From: Camelus ferus
Lineage: Eukaryota
Assembly (NCBI RefSeq): GCF_009834535.1
Contig: NC_045696.1
Span: 55,802,001 to 55,866,000 of the forward strand
Direction of reading: 5' to 3'
DNA length: 64,000 bases
Part shown: positions 1-14,000 of the stretch, one piece after another
Layout: each line of letters starts with the position of its first letter
Position numbering within the stretch: position 1 is the stretch's first letter
Made by a program: the position numbers and the translations under genes
Notes under the pieces: generated by a model
Database searches by the model: none
What the model saw: the letters and a program-made list of their open reading frames with translations, nothing else
Told to the model about the DNA's origin: nothing

Positions 1-2294
1 CAATTTAAATTGGTGGTTAGGGAGGATATCTCTGAGAAGGTGGTATTTCAGCTGACAGCTGAATGACAAAAAAGTACCAGCCGTGACAAGATACGGGAGC
101 AGAGAGTTCTAGGCAGAGGAAAAAGTAATCACATAGGCTCTAAGGCAAGAAAATACTTGCCTGGTATGTCTGAAAATCAGCAAGAAGGCTGGAGAGAGAT
201 AATAAGCAATAAGAGATCGAGTTTATGTATCTTTTGGCTAAGGGGAAGTCATAGGAGTGTTTTAGGCAAAGGGTGCCATGATTGTATTTGTATATTTACA
301 TGGTCACACTCATTGCTATGTGCAGACTATACTGTATTGGGGCAAGATCAGTTACAAAGCTATTTCTTTTAATTCAAGTGAGAAAAGATGATGAATTGAA
401 CAGGGTCAGTAGCAATGGAGATGGAGTGGCCAGATTTGGGATACATTTCAAAGGTAGAGCAGTCAGAATGTCAAGAGGCTGGGCTACCACTCCTCAGACC
501 ATTTCCTTTTCCCGCTAAGTTTTCTTAAATAATTCTAAAAATTATTTATCCCCTCTTAGTTGATAGACTCTTCCTTGCTCACCCTACTCCTCCAAAATAA
601 TATAAGCAAATTCACGGGATTCTATGGCTAATGTCTGGGGGTCTATTAATTCAAACCTAATATATAAATCTGACGAATTTCTGAGTCAGGCAACGCATAA
701 CAGAAGAAAACTTGTAAGAGACAAACCACTAGTTGAGATAGAAGTCCCTTCTAAAACACCCCAGTCAAGCTGCCGCCTGCTGTGCTTGAATAACTTCAGT
801 GGTGGGAAGTAACTGGGTCTTTGGCAGGCCATTCACCTTTAACAGCTCACTGATGTGAGAAGCCCTTTTCAGATTCATGGGCTAAAATCTTATTTGCTAT
901 TTCACATATGTAACTCTTAGCTCCACAATTAAATTTTAAGCTCTGTGTGAGCAAGGATCATATGTGGCAAATAAGTGAGCCGGTCCGCATGACAACCTTC
1001 TTTAAGTGCACTTTCCTCTACTGTAGTGACTGGAAAGCTCAAAACTACATTTCCAAACTTTCTTGTAACTAAAGTTGATAGATTAGATTTAATTTCTGCC
1101 AACCACAGGCATCACATAAGCTGAGTGAAGTGGGGAGAGGGGCAGGGTAAAAGGCACCCATTTTGGGTGGTATAAGTCAGAGCAAAGGAAGCATAATTCT
1201 GGAGTCAGCAGCCATAGCAACAGCTTTCTGATTCTGAGAGGAGCACTGGTTCGCTTCGTTTCAGGCAATATTAGTAAGGGATTTTTATAAGAATTCTCAT
1301 CAGAAATGGTTGACTGTGAGCATAACTCTTTGATTAATCTGAAAATTCAACAAATGAGAAGTTTTCATGGGATACCAAAGTGGAAACCCAACAAGTATTT
1401 ATGGAGTAAATATGTAATAAATACAGGATATAAACCATAACAGATATGGCTGGATTTGAGTGTTCACTCTGTCACATGCGGTTTTAAGCCATTTTCATAA
1501 TTTCTAGGTCTCCTATTTCTAACTTATAAAATGGGAGTCATACAGTAGTACCTACCTTCTTTTAGGAAGAGTAAATACATCAACACTTACAAAGAATATG
1601 GTAAATATTTTAAAAAGTATTTGCCAGTGTCACTGTTAGAATAATGAGTTATTTACTTATAGAAATACATAGCTGGAAAAAGCCTTAAAAATCATCTATT
1701 TGAGCCTTCTCATTTTATAACACCATGCATGGCCAAAGAAGGATGGATGAAGTTGAGTTCCTATGCTCAATAAACCCATAATCCAAGTAGGAAAAAAGAC
1801 TATTAAAAAAAAAAAAAGAAAAAGCATATAGCTTGACACTAAATCATTATAATTCTTAAATAAAGAAACAAAATTTCTCTTCACCTGATTTTAGGCAAAT
1901 AGGTGGTCAACATGGAAAAAAAATTCTTAATAGTTAACACAAATATTTAAAATAAAAATGTTTACTCCCTTCTCATACTATGTTGAAGATTTTGTACACA
2001 TTTCCAGTCTATGTTTAACAGGCCAGGGAGGTTTTTTTTAACCACTTAAGTCCCAGCCACATATATAATCTACCCAGGACAATAGTCTTCTTTCTTCTAG
2101 AGCTTATCTCCATCACCCATCCAAATCTGCCACTGCCAGCCACTTACCTACCAGGTCATTTGACTATCCTGAACTGTTATTTTATATACCCAACGATGGA
2201 GAACACTTTTTGCAACAAGATTACCACAGCACTACTAAGTAACCAGAAAGAGGGCACAAAAACCTACAGTATATTTTGATGTACTTCAGCAGAG

Positions 2295-2680
2295 ATAGCT
2301 AGTTCTTGTCTCCACTGTATTTTTGTAACAGAACCAATTTTATTCAGAATAACAATGAATCCAGCCAAGGGACTATATTGTCCAGCCTCCCGTACAGTTA
2401 GGAGTGGACACACATGAAAATGATGTAAGCCTGACCCATAAGAAATTCTCCTTTATACTTCCCTATGTTCCTTCCCCTTTCTGGCAAACAGCGATGGACC
2501 ACAGCCACCTTGGAAGTCACATGCTGGAAGATGGCAGAGTCTCCATCAGCCTGGGTCCCCTGCCAATGGAAGTATGCTACACTTGCCAACCAGGACAACT
2601 GCCTCAGACTGCTACATGTTTGAAGCAGTATACAATTTGGGGTTTATTTGTTATAGAAGCTATCATTATCCTAATACAGC
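2295..2680. mobile_element. MaLR (MLT1-like) LTR remnant
   Basis: CAGCCTCCC...CAGCCACCTTGG...GAAGATGGCAGAG...TTTGTTATAGAAGC...CCTAATACA pattern. Confidence 0.5.
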
Positions 2681-3016
2681 CATTGAAAGGGTAAAGTTCT
2701 GGAATACAATCATATTTGCATCTTAAACTTCCAACAAATTTAACATGGTGTAGGGAAAGCTAAATACCAAAACCCTTCTGGGATATTGTTATAATAACAT
2801 GTAAATGTTTTCTGCATTTTCATTTATGTTTTTACTTCCTCTGGTCACAGACTAAAGTCAGATATTTAACAATCTTATAATATTACATTCTGAAAGTAAT
2901 CTGCGGTTTAATAGAAAAACAATTCATTTGAAGAAAAATAATTTCTACACCTAAGATCTCCAACTAGTTTCTTGACTAAGTAACATGAAGAACTTAAAAG
3001 GCCTATTAAGACTTAC

Positions 3017-3239
3017 CAAAGAAGTACAAGAGGCCGGATGATTATAAGGATACCACCACACTGTTTTATAGATGTTGATGTACTGGATGAACAAAGCAAC
3101 CAGCAAGTAGATGAAAAAGAGAAACTCAAAGAGCAGGTTCCCATCCACAGGCAAGTCAGGAATTTGGCAATGACGAACAGGGCCTGGGGTGATTAAGGCT
3201 GTGATAGGTGGGACCGGAAGGCCAATAGCACTACCATTC
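3017..3239 (-). CDS. TMEM39A: TMEM39A exon 3 (223 nt)
   Basis: Acceptor tctcttttcag|G AAT GGT; donor TCT TTG|gtaagt. Overlaps track ORF 2951..3154. Confidence 0.95.
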
Positions 3240-5534
3240 CTGAAAAGAGAAAACTATGGTTAACTGAAAAGGCAATACCTCTCAGAGTCAAAGAGCATGA
3301 AAGGGGTCCTGCCCTCTTCTTCACCTACACTTTAGCTGATGGCTTTCCCCAAGACTCCATTCTAGGACCACCTGCTCTTGTCTTCTCCCTCCACACACTC
3401 TCAGTAATCTAATATGTGGTCACAGCTTCCATTATCTGAAGCCATGATAATGGATAATGAAGTCATCATCCACGTTGAAAACTAAAATTTCTCTCCATAA
3501 AGCTCACTGTTGAGTTTTAGACCCATGTTATCAAGCAGTCTACTGAGCATTTCTATGTTTCTCCTCTTAATAGTACTGACCCTAGTTCGTGGCCCAGTTA
3601 GCTGCCCAAATCAGAAAACTGGAAGTCATAGTAGAAATTTCCTTCTCTAAATCACTCTCTAAATCATATATACTCCACTTCATAAATCTTTTTCCAAACT
3701 GAACCCTCCTCTCTAAACCCACTGCCTTAGTTCAAGAATTACCATTTTTCACCTGAACTATTGAAGTAATTCCTCTAAATTCAATTCTACTTTCACTAAA
3801 TCCTCCAACCTGCCTTCAAAGATCTTTCTAAAGTAAACCTCTGATGTATTATTTTCCTGCCTAAAACCCTTTCATGACTCTCCACTGCCAATAGGATAAC
3901 ATCCAAAAACGTTTAGTCTGTCCTATGAGACCCTCTGCTTAACAGACTAGCCTCATCTCTTATCACTCCTCCACACGCACCCTATACAATACCTATGCTA
4001 TCTGCTATCTGTGAATATACATACATGCTATTCCTTTGTACACATTATTCCTTTACCAGCAATATCCTCCAAAATCACCTTCCTTAACCCTTCACATACA
4101 CATTTACAGACTCTGTCAAGACTTTATCCTCTAAAAGCTTACTCAGACTCACTCAATCAACATTGACTCATCTTTCATCTGTGCCACCATTATACCTAAA
4201 TTATGCCTTTATTATTACACTCTTCATTTGATTATTCAGTTATTTTTATATAACTTTTTGTATACATCTATCTTGTCTATCAGACCATAATCTTAGGGAC
4301 AGACACTGTACTTTTTCTAGTTCACTGCATGTATATACCTTTAAGTCGAAAAGACAGACCAATATAGTCATGAAAAAGAGAGCGCTTAAAACACAAATTA
4401 AAATATAGATTTTAATCCCTATCTTCTTGTTCTTTCTTCCAAGCTCTTTTATAGGTAGATAGCTGGGCTATCTAAAATGGTAAGATGGGGGTAGGGAATA
4501 AAATTTCCTATTGTTTATATGCCAGGAATAGTTAGAGATCTAAGGGTCTACCATTATTTACAGAACAAAGAAAAGACGCCTGACTTGGCTATTTCTAAAG
4601 AAGATTCTAGAGAAGGAACAATATTAGTGTTACCATTCTCCCCTAAAATTTCCAAATATAGAATTCTAGCATCAGTATGAGACATTTACAGTACTTTAAC
4701 TGACTCATGGGAATATGAACCCTGCTCATTCTGAACATTTAAGAATATCATGGCAAAAACTCAGAAGAGCTAGAAGGGAAGAACAGGGACGGAGGAAAGT
4801 CATAAAAAATTATAAAACTTTCCCCCTCCTCATTCTCAGAATACACTCCAATAGAACAAGCTTACCAAGGAGTAGGTTGTGATCCACCAGTAGGTCTCAA
4901 AACCTTATCTGCTCAATCGTAAACCAATCATTAACACACCACAGCTCTCTGATATGTTCTGGAAGATGGGCCACAGCATAGCACAACTCCCAGGAATTCA
5001 CAAGGAATACAACATGAAAGGTGCTCTCTGGAATTGTTCGAGTTGGTGGACTTGAATGGAAGGAATTAATGCCAGCAGCTAATCTATTCCTGTACTTCAT
5101 TTAATCATAAGGTATGAAAATAAAAAATTCTGGTGAGGAGCCTTTACTCTAAAACAAACTAAACATATTCCAGAACAAATAAAAATTCTTATTCCTCTTC
5201 AGTTAAAAGTACATGAAGGGAGAAAGCATGCTAAATTACTTGTTATGATTTAAAGGTTAGAAAGGTTTTTACAGAATTTTCCCAAGTAAAGCAGACTAAT
5301 GTGCTTCTGCCATTAACAGAGTCAATAGTATGCTGGGCTTCAATAAAGACACACAAAACGAAGTATGAAAGATCTAAATTAGTGCTATTCCACACAGCCT
5401 TGGTTAGTATACTTCAAGTTAGAAGACAAAGAGACAAAGGTCAAGTAAAGTGATCCAGAGCATCAGTGGGAAAGAGAAAAGTATTCCTATGAGTTGAAAG
5501 CTTGAGGGGAGATATTATCAAAGTTCTTAAAACC

Positions 5535-5566
<32 letters not shown>

Positions 5567-8500
5567 AAATAAAATGACTTGGTCAATACGTCTTTGAAAA
5601 TCAGCTACAGATTTTAAGAAAAAAAAGTACCGCCCTTCTGAAAGAATGTAAAACAGATTCAAAAAAAGCAGTGACACAAATGTTTCAGATACAATGTGGG
5701 ATGGTTCTAGTCCCAGATTTTCCACCAACCAGCTGTGGTCTTTGAGAAAATAACTTTATATTCCTGAGCCACAGTTTCTTCATCTATCATATATGAGTTG
5801 GAAAAGATTCTCTTTAAAGAACTCTTTCCAGTGCTAACATTGAATACTCTTTCAAATTGGACTGCAGGTCTCCAAGACCAAGGCTAGGCTTGATGATTCA
5901 CTAGGAGGACTCAGGACTCGGCATACAGTCATGTTCAAAACTATAATTTTTTACAGCAAAAGGATACAAATCAAAATCAGCAGATGGAAAAGGTACCGGG
6001 CAAAGTCCAGAGGAAACCAGGTGCAAACTTCCAAGAGTCCTTTCTAGATGGAGTCATATAGGATGCAGTTAACTTCTTCAGCAACTAGTTATGACAACAC
6101 GTGTGAAGTGCTATCTACCACATAGGTTCATTAGAGGCTGAGCAAACAAAGTTTTTACTGGAGGCTGGCAACTCTACCTAGCACTACCAAAATTCCAGGC
6201 TCCCAAAAAGAAAGCAGGTGTTCAGTATAAGTATCCTTAGAAAGGCCTGAGTGCAAGGCTGGCATCTGGGAACTTGACTGGTAAACAGTTCCTTCTGATA
6301 CAAAAGTTTCCCTAAATAATAAGAGTGGCTCACTGTGCAAACAATATGGATTATGCCAAACATCTGCTTTATCCTTGTATATAAAGTTTGTGTGCAAGAA
6401 AGAGTTAACATAGCAGGCTTGAGAATGGCCTTCATAGAGCCAGCAAGGAGCAAATTTTAGCTAAGCAAATGGATGAAGCAAGAAAAATTTAAAGGAATAA
6501 AAAGGAACTAAAAGGGACAGAGAAAGCAATGATCATTTGGACATGATCAAGTGATGTTAACTAAGTACATGCAAGAACAAAGCAAAGAAAAAATCACTTA
6601 GTCTTTTTCAATTAAGACTGTTCCTCAACTCAGAAATTCACAGTATATCCTTTTTCTTTAGAAGGCAATCATCTAAGCATATCACATCCCAAGAACAAAT
6701 TCCTGCTCCCCACAGGTGGGAAGCAGGACAGGGAACTATGGATTTCAATCTTGACTATGTCACCAAACTTGCTCTTTGACATTCTCAAGTTTAGCTTTAC
6801 CAATCAGGCCACAAAAACCTAACAAACGGGGGCAAATCCTCTCTTCTTCAGCCGATCTATGTCTTGCAGCATCAAGGATATCACCCCAAATTATACCACA
6901 CTTGAACAATTACCTACTTCTCTCTACAGACACTTCAGAAATGAGTTCTCTTCGTCTTAACACTGTCTTTCTTTGTACACATCCTTCCTAAAACTATATT
7001 CTAGGCTACCTACCACTGGTTTTATCCACATTTTTTAATATCCTTTCCCCAAGTCTTATAAAACAACCTATTCTAGGATGCTTCTTCCCCATCAACAAAT
7101 ACAGAACTATCTTCTTCCAAAATAACCCCTCTAGATAAAAATGTCACAAGACAATTTCTCAATAATAGTTTTAGTGACTTTTCAAACCATGAACAATTAT
7201 GCTCTTTCACTTTATTCTAATCTGTTGAAGAATAAGTTCTTCTCCCTATCACCCCAATTAACTGCTAAAGAAATATGTTAAAGGAGGAAAGTTGGTAGAA
7301 TGGTAGACCAAGGTAACCATGACTGCAACCTTGACAGCCAGGATAGAAGAGCTACAAGGAAGGCAGATCACATGATCATAGCTAAGCCCACTTAAGAGCA
7401 GAGGAATTTTCCAAATGTTCCTAGTTCTTCCCAGTATTCTATTTGCAGACTTCAAGTGCATGCAGAACCATCTGAGAATGTGGTTTTCAGATCTTTTAAA
7501 ATAGCAGAACATTTCATTTTCCCTCCCCCAAAAGACATTATACATGGCATCCCAATATTTAAAACACACAAGAGAGAAATTCTGATTAAGAAAGGACTGG
7601 GAAACCTGAAGCCTAGACTACTGGCCTGAATGACTTTTTCTCCCTTCGATGTGCTCTACAGCAACCCAAGATACTGAAGAGGGATTCCATGGGACAGCGT
7701 AAGAACCTAATTATCCAGAGAAACCTTCAAAGTCAAAGTAAAAGAAAATAAACAATGAACTGCTGGAGTTAATACAGAGGCAGAGTTAGAATGCTTTAGC
7801 TAGCTAGAATCCTAGCTAAGAATAGCTACAATCTTCTGTTGCAATCTGAAAGGACTAAGACACTAAACTGATAGTATATACTACTAAAATTAAGGCACAT
7901 ACTTCAAATAGGAAACATCCTTCACCTCAGTATCTATGTTAGATAGTACCCTTCTTCAAAAGCATTTTCACATATTCTCATTCTTTTTATTTTTTATTAA
8001 AAGAAAAATAAATATGTGTTACTTGTAGAATATTTGGAAAATTCAGAGTAAAGTTTAAAGCAATTTATTCCTTCATTCATTTACAACATTCTGCTATGAA
8101 GCGGAAAGTATCACCATCTTTAAACTGAGGATATCCAAAGAACAGGAGAGTAAAAATATTACTCTAGAATAAAATACAAATACTCTTATACATATGTGAA
8201 TATAAAATTTGGATTGAAAATCAGTATAATGGGAATCAGAGACTGGAAAAAAAAAATCCCTTCAAACTGGAATTTCAGGGAGAAACCCACTGAAATGACA
8301 AGATCAGAACTGATTTTGAAGATTGAGTAGAGCTTGGGGGTGGAAGGTCAGAAAGAAAGGAGGGCAGGCCAGGAAGAGAAAAGTATACAAACATCAGGAA
8401 GGCCTGAAAAGACAGGAGCAGTACTGACTGCTAGCTTTGAAAATTAGAATCCAGGCCAAAGAAAACTCTATTCAGGGAGGAAGCAGGGAAAAAAAAAATT

Positions 8501-9259
8501 ATCTTGACCAAACAATCTGGTAAAAGCCATCTCTTTCCACTGCCACATGATCAAACCTTCTGATGAAGTGAGTTATCCCAGATAAGAAATAATTCTAACT
8601 TTTGAAAATTAAGAACAGAGATAAATTTCCATTATGAAGATCAAATTCTTTATTCTCATAAAACGTGACACAAATCTTAAGATGGTTGGGCTAAAACTGA
8701 TATAGTTCATTCATTTCAATTTTTTAAACAAAATAATTTTTGAAACCTTGATAGAATATGACATAATTTTAGAATCTCATGTTAACTGCCAGTTTCAATT
8801 TGTTCTCCCCCTAAAAGAATGGTAATATAGTTAAACCACCATATTTATCTTTTACTTTAATTGACTTTTCCCTTCATTTAAGAGCTAAAAAAAGCTGATG
8901 ACTAGAATTTGGATTATCAGCCTTAAGGAAGAATCCGCCTGTTTTCACTTTGTGGGCCCCATATCACAACTTTCTACCTCCAAAGTATTCTGAAATACTC
9001 AGCTTTTAGTCTTCAGGTCAAGATTTTTACTTCAGTGTCAGAAAAACAATTTTGTAAGCAAATATCTGAAAAGCATGACAACTTCTATGGTAGTTTTACT
9101 GATCATAGGATATTACAAATTATGCATAGTCTTATTTCTTCTTTACCTGTTTCTCAAGCCTGTTCCATTGCCACAGCCCCCACCAACCAAAGTCTGTAAA
9201 GAAGGTAAGGCTGAACGGCTTAGTTGCTGCCGACTAGGGCCCCTCCTTCCACCGGGCAT
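3017..9259 (-). CDS. TMEM39A: TMEM39A (ER multi-pass membrane protein), N-terminal 112 codons; join(complement 9147..9259, 3017..3239); continues off the left edge
   Basis: The spliced translation [112 protein letters not shown] matches the TMEM39A N-terminus as recalled. Splice sites are GT-AG, and 113+223=336 nt stays in frame. Confidence 0.96.
5535..5562. repeat. A28 homopolymer
   Basis: Direct reading. Confidence 0.9.
5860..6450. mobile_element. MER21/MER39-like LTR remnant
   Basis: GATGATTCACTAGGAGGACTCA...CAAAAGGATACAAATCAAAATCAGC...CCAGGCTCCCAAAAAGAAAGCAGGTGTT resembles the MER21-group consensus as recalled. Confidence 0.55.
9147..9259 (-). CDS. TMEM39A: TMEM39A exon 2 coding part (whole exon 9147..9333, including 74 nt of 5'-UTR)
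   Basis: ATG at 9259 (ggacATGc); donor AAC AG|gtaaag; acceptor tttttgttcag| at 9334-9335. Confidence 0.95.
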
Positions 9260-10429
9260 GTCCGGGAACCAGTCTGCTTCCAATGCCACCTGTAGTTGCA
9301 ATCCAGGTTAATGGCTGTCAGCCCGTTTCAAAGCTGAACAAAAAGAGACATTTAAATATCAGTCTACTATTTTTAAAGTAAGCAATGTAACAAAACAACC
9401 AGAAAAACTGAGTGAGCAGACCTTGTAAAACCAGATTTTCAAACAAATGCTCCCAATGTCTATTGCCTATTTTATTCTAATGAAAGGACTACTCAGGCTC
9501 TAATGGGTCAGAAGCCTAAGTTCTAATCTAAGCTCTGTTCAGCATTAGGGAAGTCACAATTTGTGTCCTTTGTCAGTTGACTTGTAGTATATGAAAGATA
9601 TTACGATCAGGTAAAATTTACAAGAAACACCTAATATATACACTTCCAATTCAAATTTAATACTTCACAGTAAGCCACTTGAATTACAAGAGAGCACTGT
9701 CCAAAATGTTAGGTTATATTATCAAGGGATTTTGATTCTGAGATCAGATGTGTCATATATTATCTGACTTTGAGGCATTTAACCTCTGAGTCTGTTTCCT
9801 TAGTCAGAAAAAAAAAAAGTGTTCCCTGTCCTACAGAGGTGGTTGTTGGGACTGACAAAGATGGATGAAAGTACATCAGGTCTTTTAACTGCTTAAAAGT
9901 AAAACTGTTCAAGTAATATCTTCATATGTTAGAGTGAAAATATTGGAAAGAGCTCAAGTGGGTGCCCACTCTAGAAAAACTGATGTAAAATCATTTGATA
10001 AATTAATAAAACCGCAGGGTTAAAAGACAAGTAACAGATAAAGGCCCTCACTGAAAAGAAACTGTGTTTCCATCAATCTATGGCAAAATCATGGCTTCGC
10101 CAATATGGATACCAAAAATCTGTTTCCTAAACAATACGACTTAAAACGAAGAGTGACACCCTGGACAAACCCTGGTTTTCAAAACGTTACAGCAGACATC
10201 CTATGTTCCCTATTCCTAACAGCTTTCGGCTGCAGACTGAAAAACGCCAGGTGAGACAAAGCATTAAAACAGTTGGATCCAGGGGCGGCTGGTCCTTGCT
10301 CAATTAACGAGCAAAGGGAAAGAAAACAACGTGGAGCAAAAAAACTGGGAAAGAGAGGTGAGAGGATGGGGTAGTGGAAGGTGGGCGTTGAGAGACCACA
10401 AACTTCAAAAGACTAACCCCTAAGAGGGG

Positions 10430-11050
10430 ACGGCAAAGCAGTCCTCGCCGCACATACCGGAGGGCCGAAACAGTCCCACGACAATCGGACAGCGCTGCAG
10501 CTCGGTAATACTCACGCATGGAGGAGGCCCGGCCGGCGGGGCGGGATCCCTGGAAGGAGGCGGCGGCTTTACAGGCTGGACCCCAGGAAAGAGAACTCCC
10601 TCCCTAAGCTGAGGTGCTCCAAAACAGCTGCTTGTCCGCAGGCCGTCCTCTCCAGGAGAGTAGAGAAAAGCTTTCCAGGCTTCGGGCTGTTGACCCAGAC
10701 CCGGAGTCAGTGCCAGAGTCAGAGCCAGAGCTACAGCTAGAGGCAGAGCCCGGCCCCGTCAGCACTCATCCTTAGCCTCCATTACCGCGGATCTGAGCAG
10801 ACGTGGCAGCGCACGGCGATGACGTCAGCTCCGCGACGGCCCGCCGCCCCGGCCGCGAGCGGGCTCCCGGAACTACACAGCAGCCTGGGGAATGAGCACC
10901 CCACCCCCTCCCGCGCGCACCTGCGCAGTGGAACTCGCTTTCTCTTCTGGGCTCGTGGTCCCGCCTTCCCCGCCAACCCTGGCCAACGTATTTCCTTCTT
11001 GGGCATCAGTCGCCAACCCTACGATGTGCGGTCCCCATGCTAGGAGTCCT
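10430..11050 (-). promoter_or_regulatory. TMEM39A CpG-island promoter with palindromic CRE (TGACGTCA 10820-10827) and a GACGTGGC bZIP motif (10800-10807)
   Basis: GC- and CpG-rich relative to its flanks; motifs read directly from sequence. Confidence 0.8.
10516..10800 (-). other. TMEM39A: TMEM39A non-coding exon 1 (5' boundary approximate)
   Basis: Strong donor ATGC|gtgagt at 10510-10515 inside a CpG island. The TSS cannot be fixed from sequence. Confidence 0.7.
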
Positions 11051-14000
11051 TCCTGATATCTCTTGGACTCCAAGTGACACTCGTGTTCTAGTTGTCGCCC
11101 CCATATACAGATGGGGGAGGTTGAGAGACGTCAGCTAAGATCAAGTCACTGCTCAGGAACCCAAGACGCGAATTCGTGCTTCAGCAACCAATCGTGCGCT
11201 TATTGTATGTTAAGAAAAGGACTAGATAGATGCTGGAGTTAAGGAAACTGAATACCTCAAAGAGCTCACAGTCTAGTGGAAGAGACAAAACACCAGGAAA
11301 ACGCAGTAATAACAATTTATTACAGCAAATGCAACGTTAGAAGTATGCCCAAGGTCCGGAGATAGCATGCAAGACAGGGTGATAAACTCTGTGGGATGGT
11401 TGTGGTGTCAATATCAAGAAAATCTTCACAGAGAGCTTGGGGTTATTCAAGACTGCAAGAATGAATAGGCAGTTCGTGGGAGAATGGTTTTCTAGTAAAG
11501 AAGTGGCAGATAAAAAGGTAAGAAGAAAAAAAAAAAGGTGGGCAACATCATAGTGAATTCAAAAACTGTCAATAGGTGTTAGAGGAAGAGTAAGTGTGTC
11601 AAAAGGAGCACTTGTGTGAGATCTCTCACTCTGGGGATTTTAAGCACATTAAGAGAATGCCCTTTGTATTCAGTATATGATTAATCTTTACTGAGAGGGA
11701 TTTTTGTTGTTGTTTTGATTTGGTTGGGATTTTTTGTTTTGTTTCGGTGCCAGACACTAGACTAGTAGCTTTATATAATTTCATTTAAATCTCATAACAT
11801 TTTGATATTATTCCTGTTTCACAGAGAAAACTGAAGGTAAGAGAAATTAAATAACTTGTTGAAACCCAGCCAATAGAACCCACTTAATAAATGACAGAAC
11901 CAGAATTTAGAGCCAGAATGACCAAAGTCATAACCACTAAAGTTAGTAATAGCCCCAAGTATTCTTACTGTCCTAATGTACCACAGAACTTTCATTCATG
12001 CAACATAAATCATTACATATTTTCATTGTATACACTTGTAGGCTTATGGTACATTTATTTTCATGTTTACTCTGTTAACTACTTCCTAGCTTGCTATACT
12101 GAAACTCTGCAGCTTTTCTTTTGGCTCACCAGCATTCATCTTTCATTCAGCAATTACGTATTTGGTGTCTACTGTGTACCAGGCACTGTGTTGGTGAATA
12201 AGATATGTCCCTGCCCTCCTGGAGCTTGTATTCTAATGAGAGAAATATTTATTTAATATCAATCAAATGATCATAGATTATAAGTATTATGAAGGAGACA
12301 AATAAGGGGGAAGGTAGAAAAAAGGGTGCTATTTTGAAGGGAATCTAAGGAAATGACATCTCAGCAGAAACCTGAATGTTGGTAAGAAAACAGGTGCCAA
12401 GAGGGGAGAGAAATACAATCCAGATAGAAAACAAAACATATTCAGAGATTCTGAGGTGGATTAGAGCTTAGCATGTGTAAGAAACATAATGAAAAGCTGC
12501 ACAGCTAGATCAAGGTGAGCATGAAATGAATTTGAAGACACAAGCAGGAGCTTGAACATAGAGGGTCTTTTAAACTATAGTGTTTGCATTTTAAATTAGT
12601 GGCTGGCATAGGACCTAGAAATCTGTGGTTTTCTTAAGCTCCAGGAGAATTCTGGCACCCATTCACATTGAGAACCACTGCAATAAAACACCTTACCTGT
12701 TAGGGAAATGAAACAAGTACTATTTGGATTCATGTTCAACTTATTCCTCCTGTGTAGAGGGCTCACTTACCTCCCAACCTCTTACTGCAAAGATAAGCAT
12801 TGTAAAGCTGCAGAAAATACTGATTTTTACATTTTGTTTATTTTCATTTCAAAGACATTTTAACACAAGGTGATTCCATTTTCTTCAGATCACAGAAAAC
12901 TGTAATTACGGAAAATGAACTCTTTCATTAAAGTTTTTATAATTGTTCTCCACTATATTCATTTTGAACTAACTTTGAAAGTGAGGGTTAATGTGGTGTT
13001 CATCTATGAGTACACTGCCTTAATTATGTGCCTTTGATGAACTATTCATTTTGAAGTATTGCACACCTTCCTGAAAGTAGAAGAAACTGACTCAAGTTTT
13101 CATTTGGATTCCTAAAGAAGTCTTGTAAGATATTGTTAGGGATCCATTTTCTCCTCTTTCCTACTCACCCAAAATGAATTGCATACCCCATTCATAACTA
13201 ATCAACATTATTTTATCTTCCATCATTCCTCACCATGCATCCTAAATCCTCTACTACTATCAACCTAGAGTCTACTCCCACCTGCAGATTATGGCTTCCC
13301 TCTTTTTCAGCATCTCCAGCGCCATATTCCTTCACTGCAACATCTCCTTTTCTTCAGCCTGGAATACACCTATCCTATCCCTTTCTGCAGTTCATGTTGA
13401 TCTTTGCCTCCACTGAAACCAGTAGCATTTCAGTGTTGCCTTAAGTTGTAAATTATCTCTGGGGAAGCGTATTTTTCTTCCCACTAGTTCTAAACTCCAG
13501 GGCACAGATCTCATCTTGTAATTCCATGTATTTCCAGAGAGCGTAGGGTGTCATCATGCATATTTTAGACAATAGATAAATTCTTGTATGATCACATATA
13601 GTGATAGACCTACACTTTACTGTAGATACCTATATATAGCTATATATACACCTATACTGCACAGTATAACATCACCCACTGATTTTTTCCAATGTCTAAT
13701 CCACTTCAACTGCTACAAATTCCCCTTACAACGAGATGTATCCTATACTATTTGCAACCCTTTAGGGTCTAACAGTGCTGTACACGTTAAGGTGCTCCAC
13801 AAATCTATGCTATTAAGAAGTAGTTTGAGATTCTGAAGCTGTGGTCAAGAAACCTAGTTTCTCTGACCTTCAGTTTTTTGGCTGCAGAGAATAAGTTTTC
13901 AAGACGTTATAGAATGTAAGGAAGTGCCATATTAGACATATTTTCCTAGGGGATACCATTTATTCATCCTCTCCTGGAATCTGAGGCGGTGAGGGAGAGA

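Noticed and set aside
4897..5100. 67-aa minus-strand ORF in TMEM39A intron 2 as an extra exon or gene
   Set aside because: Exons 2 and 3 already join in frame with the expected sequence. No recognisable homology.
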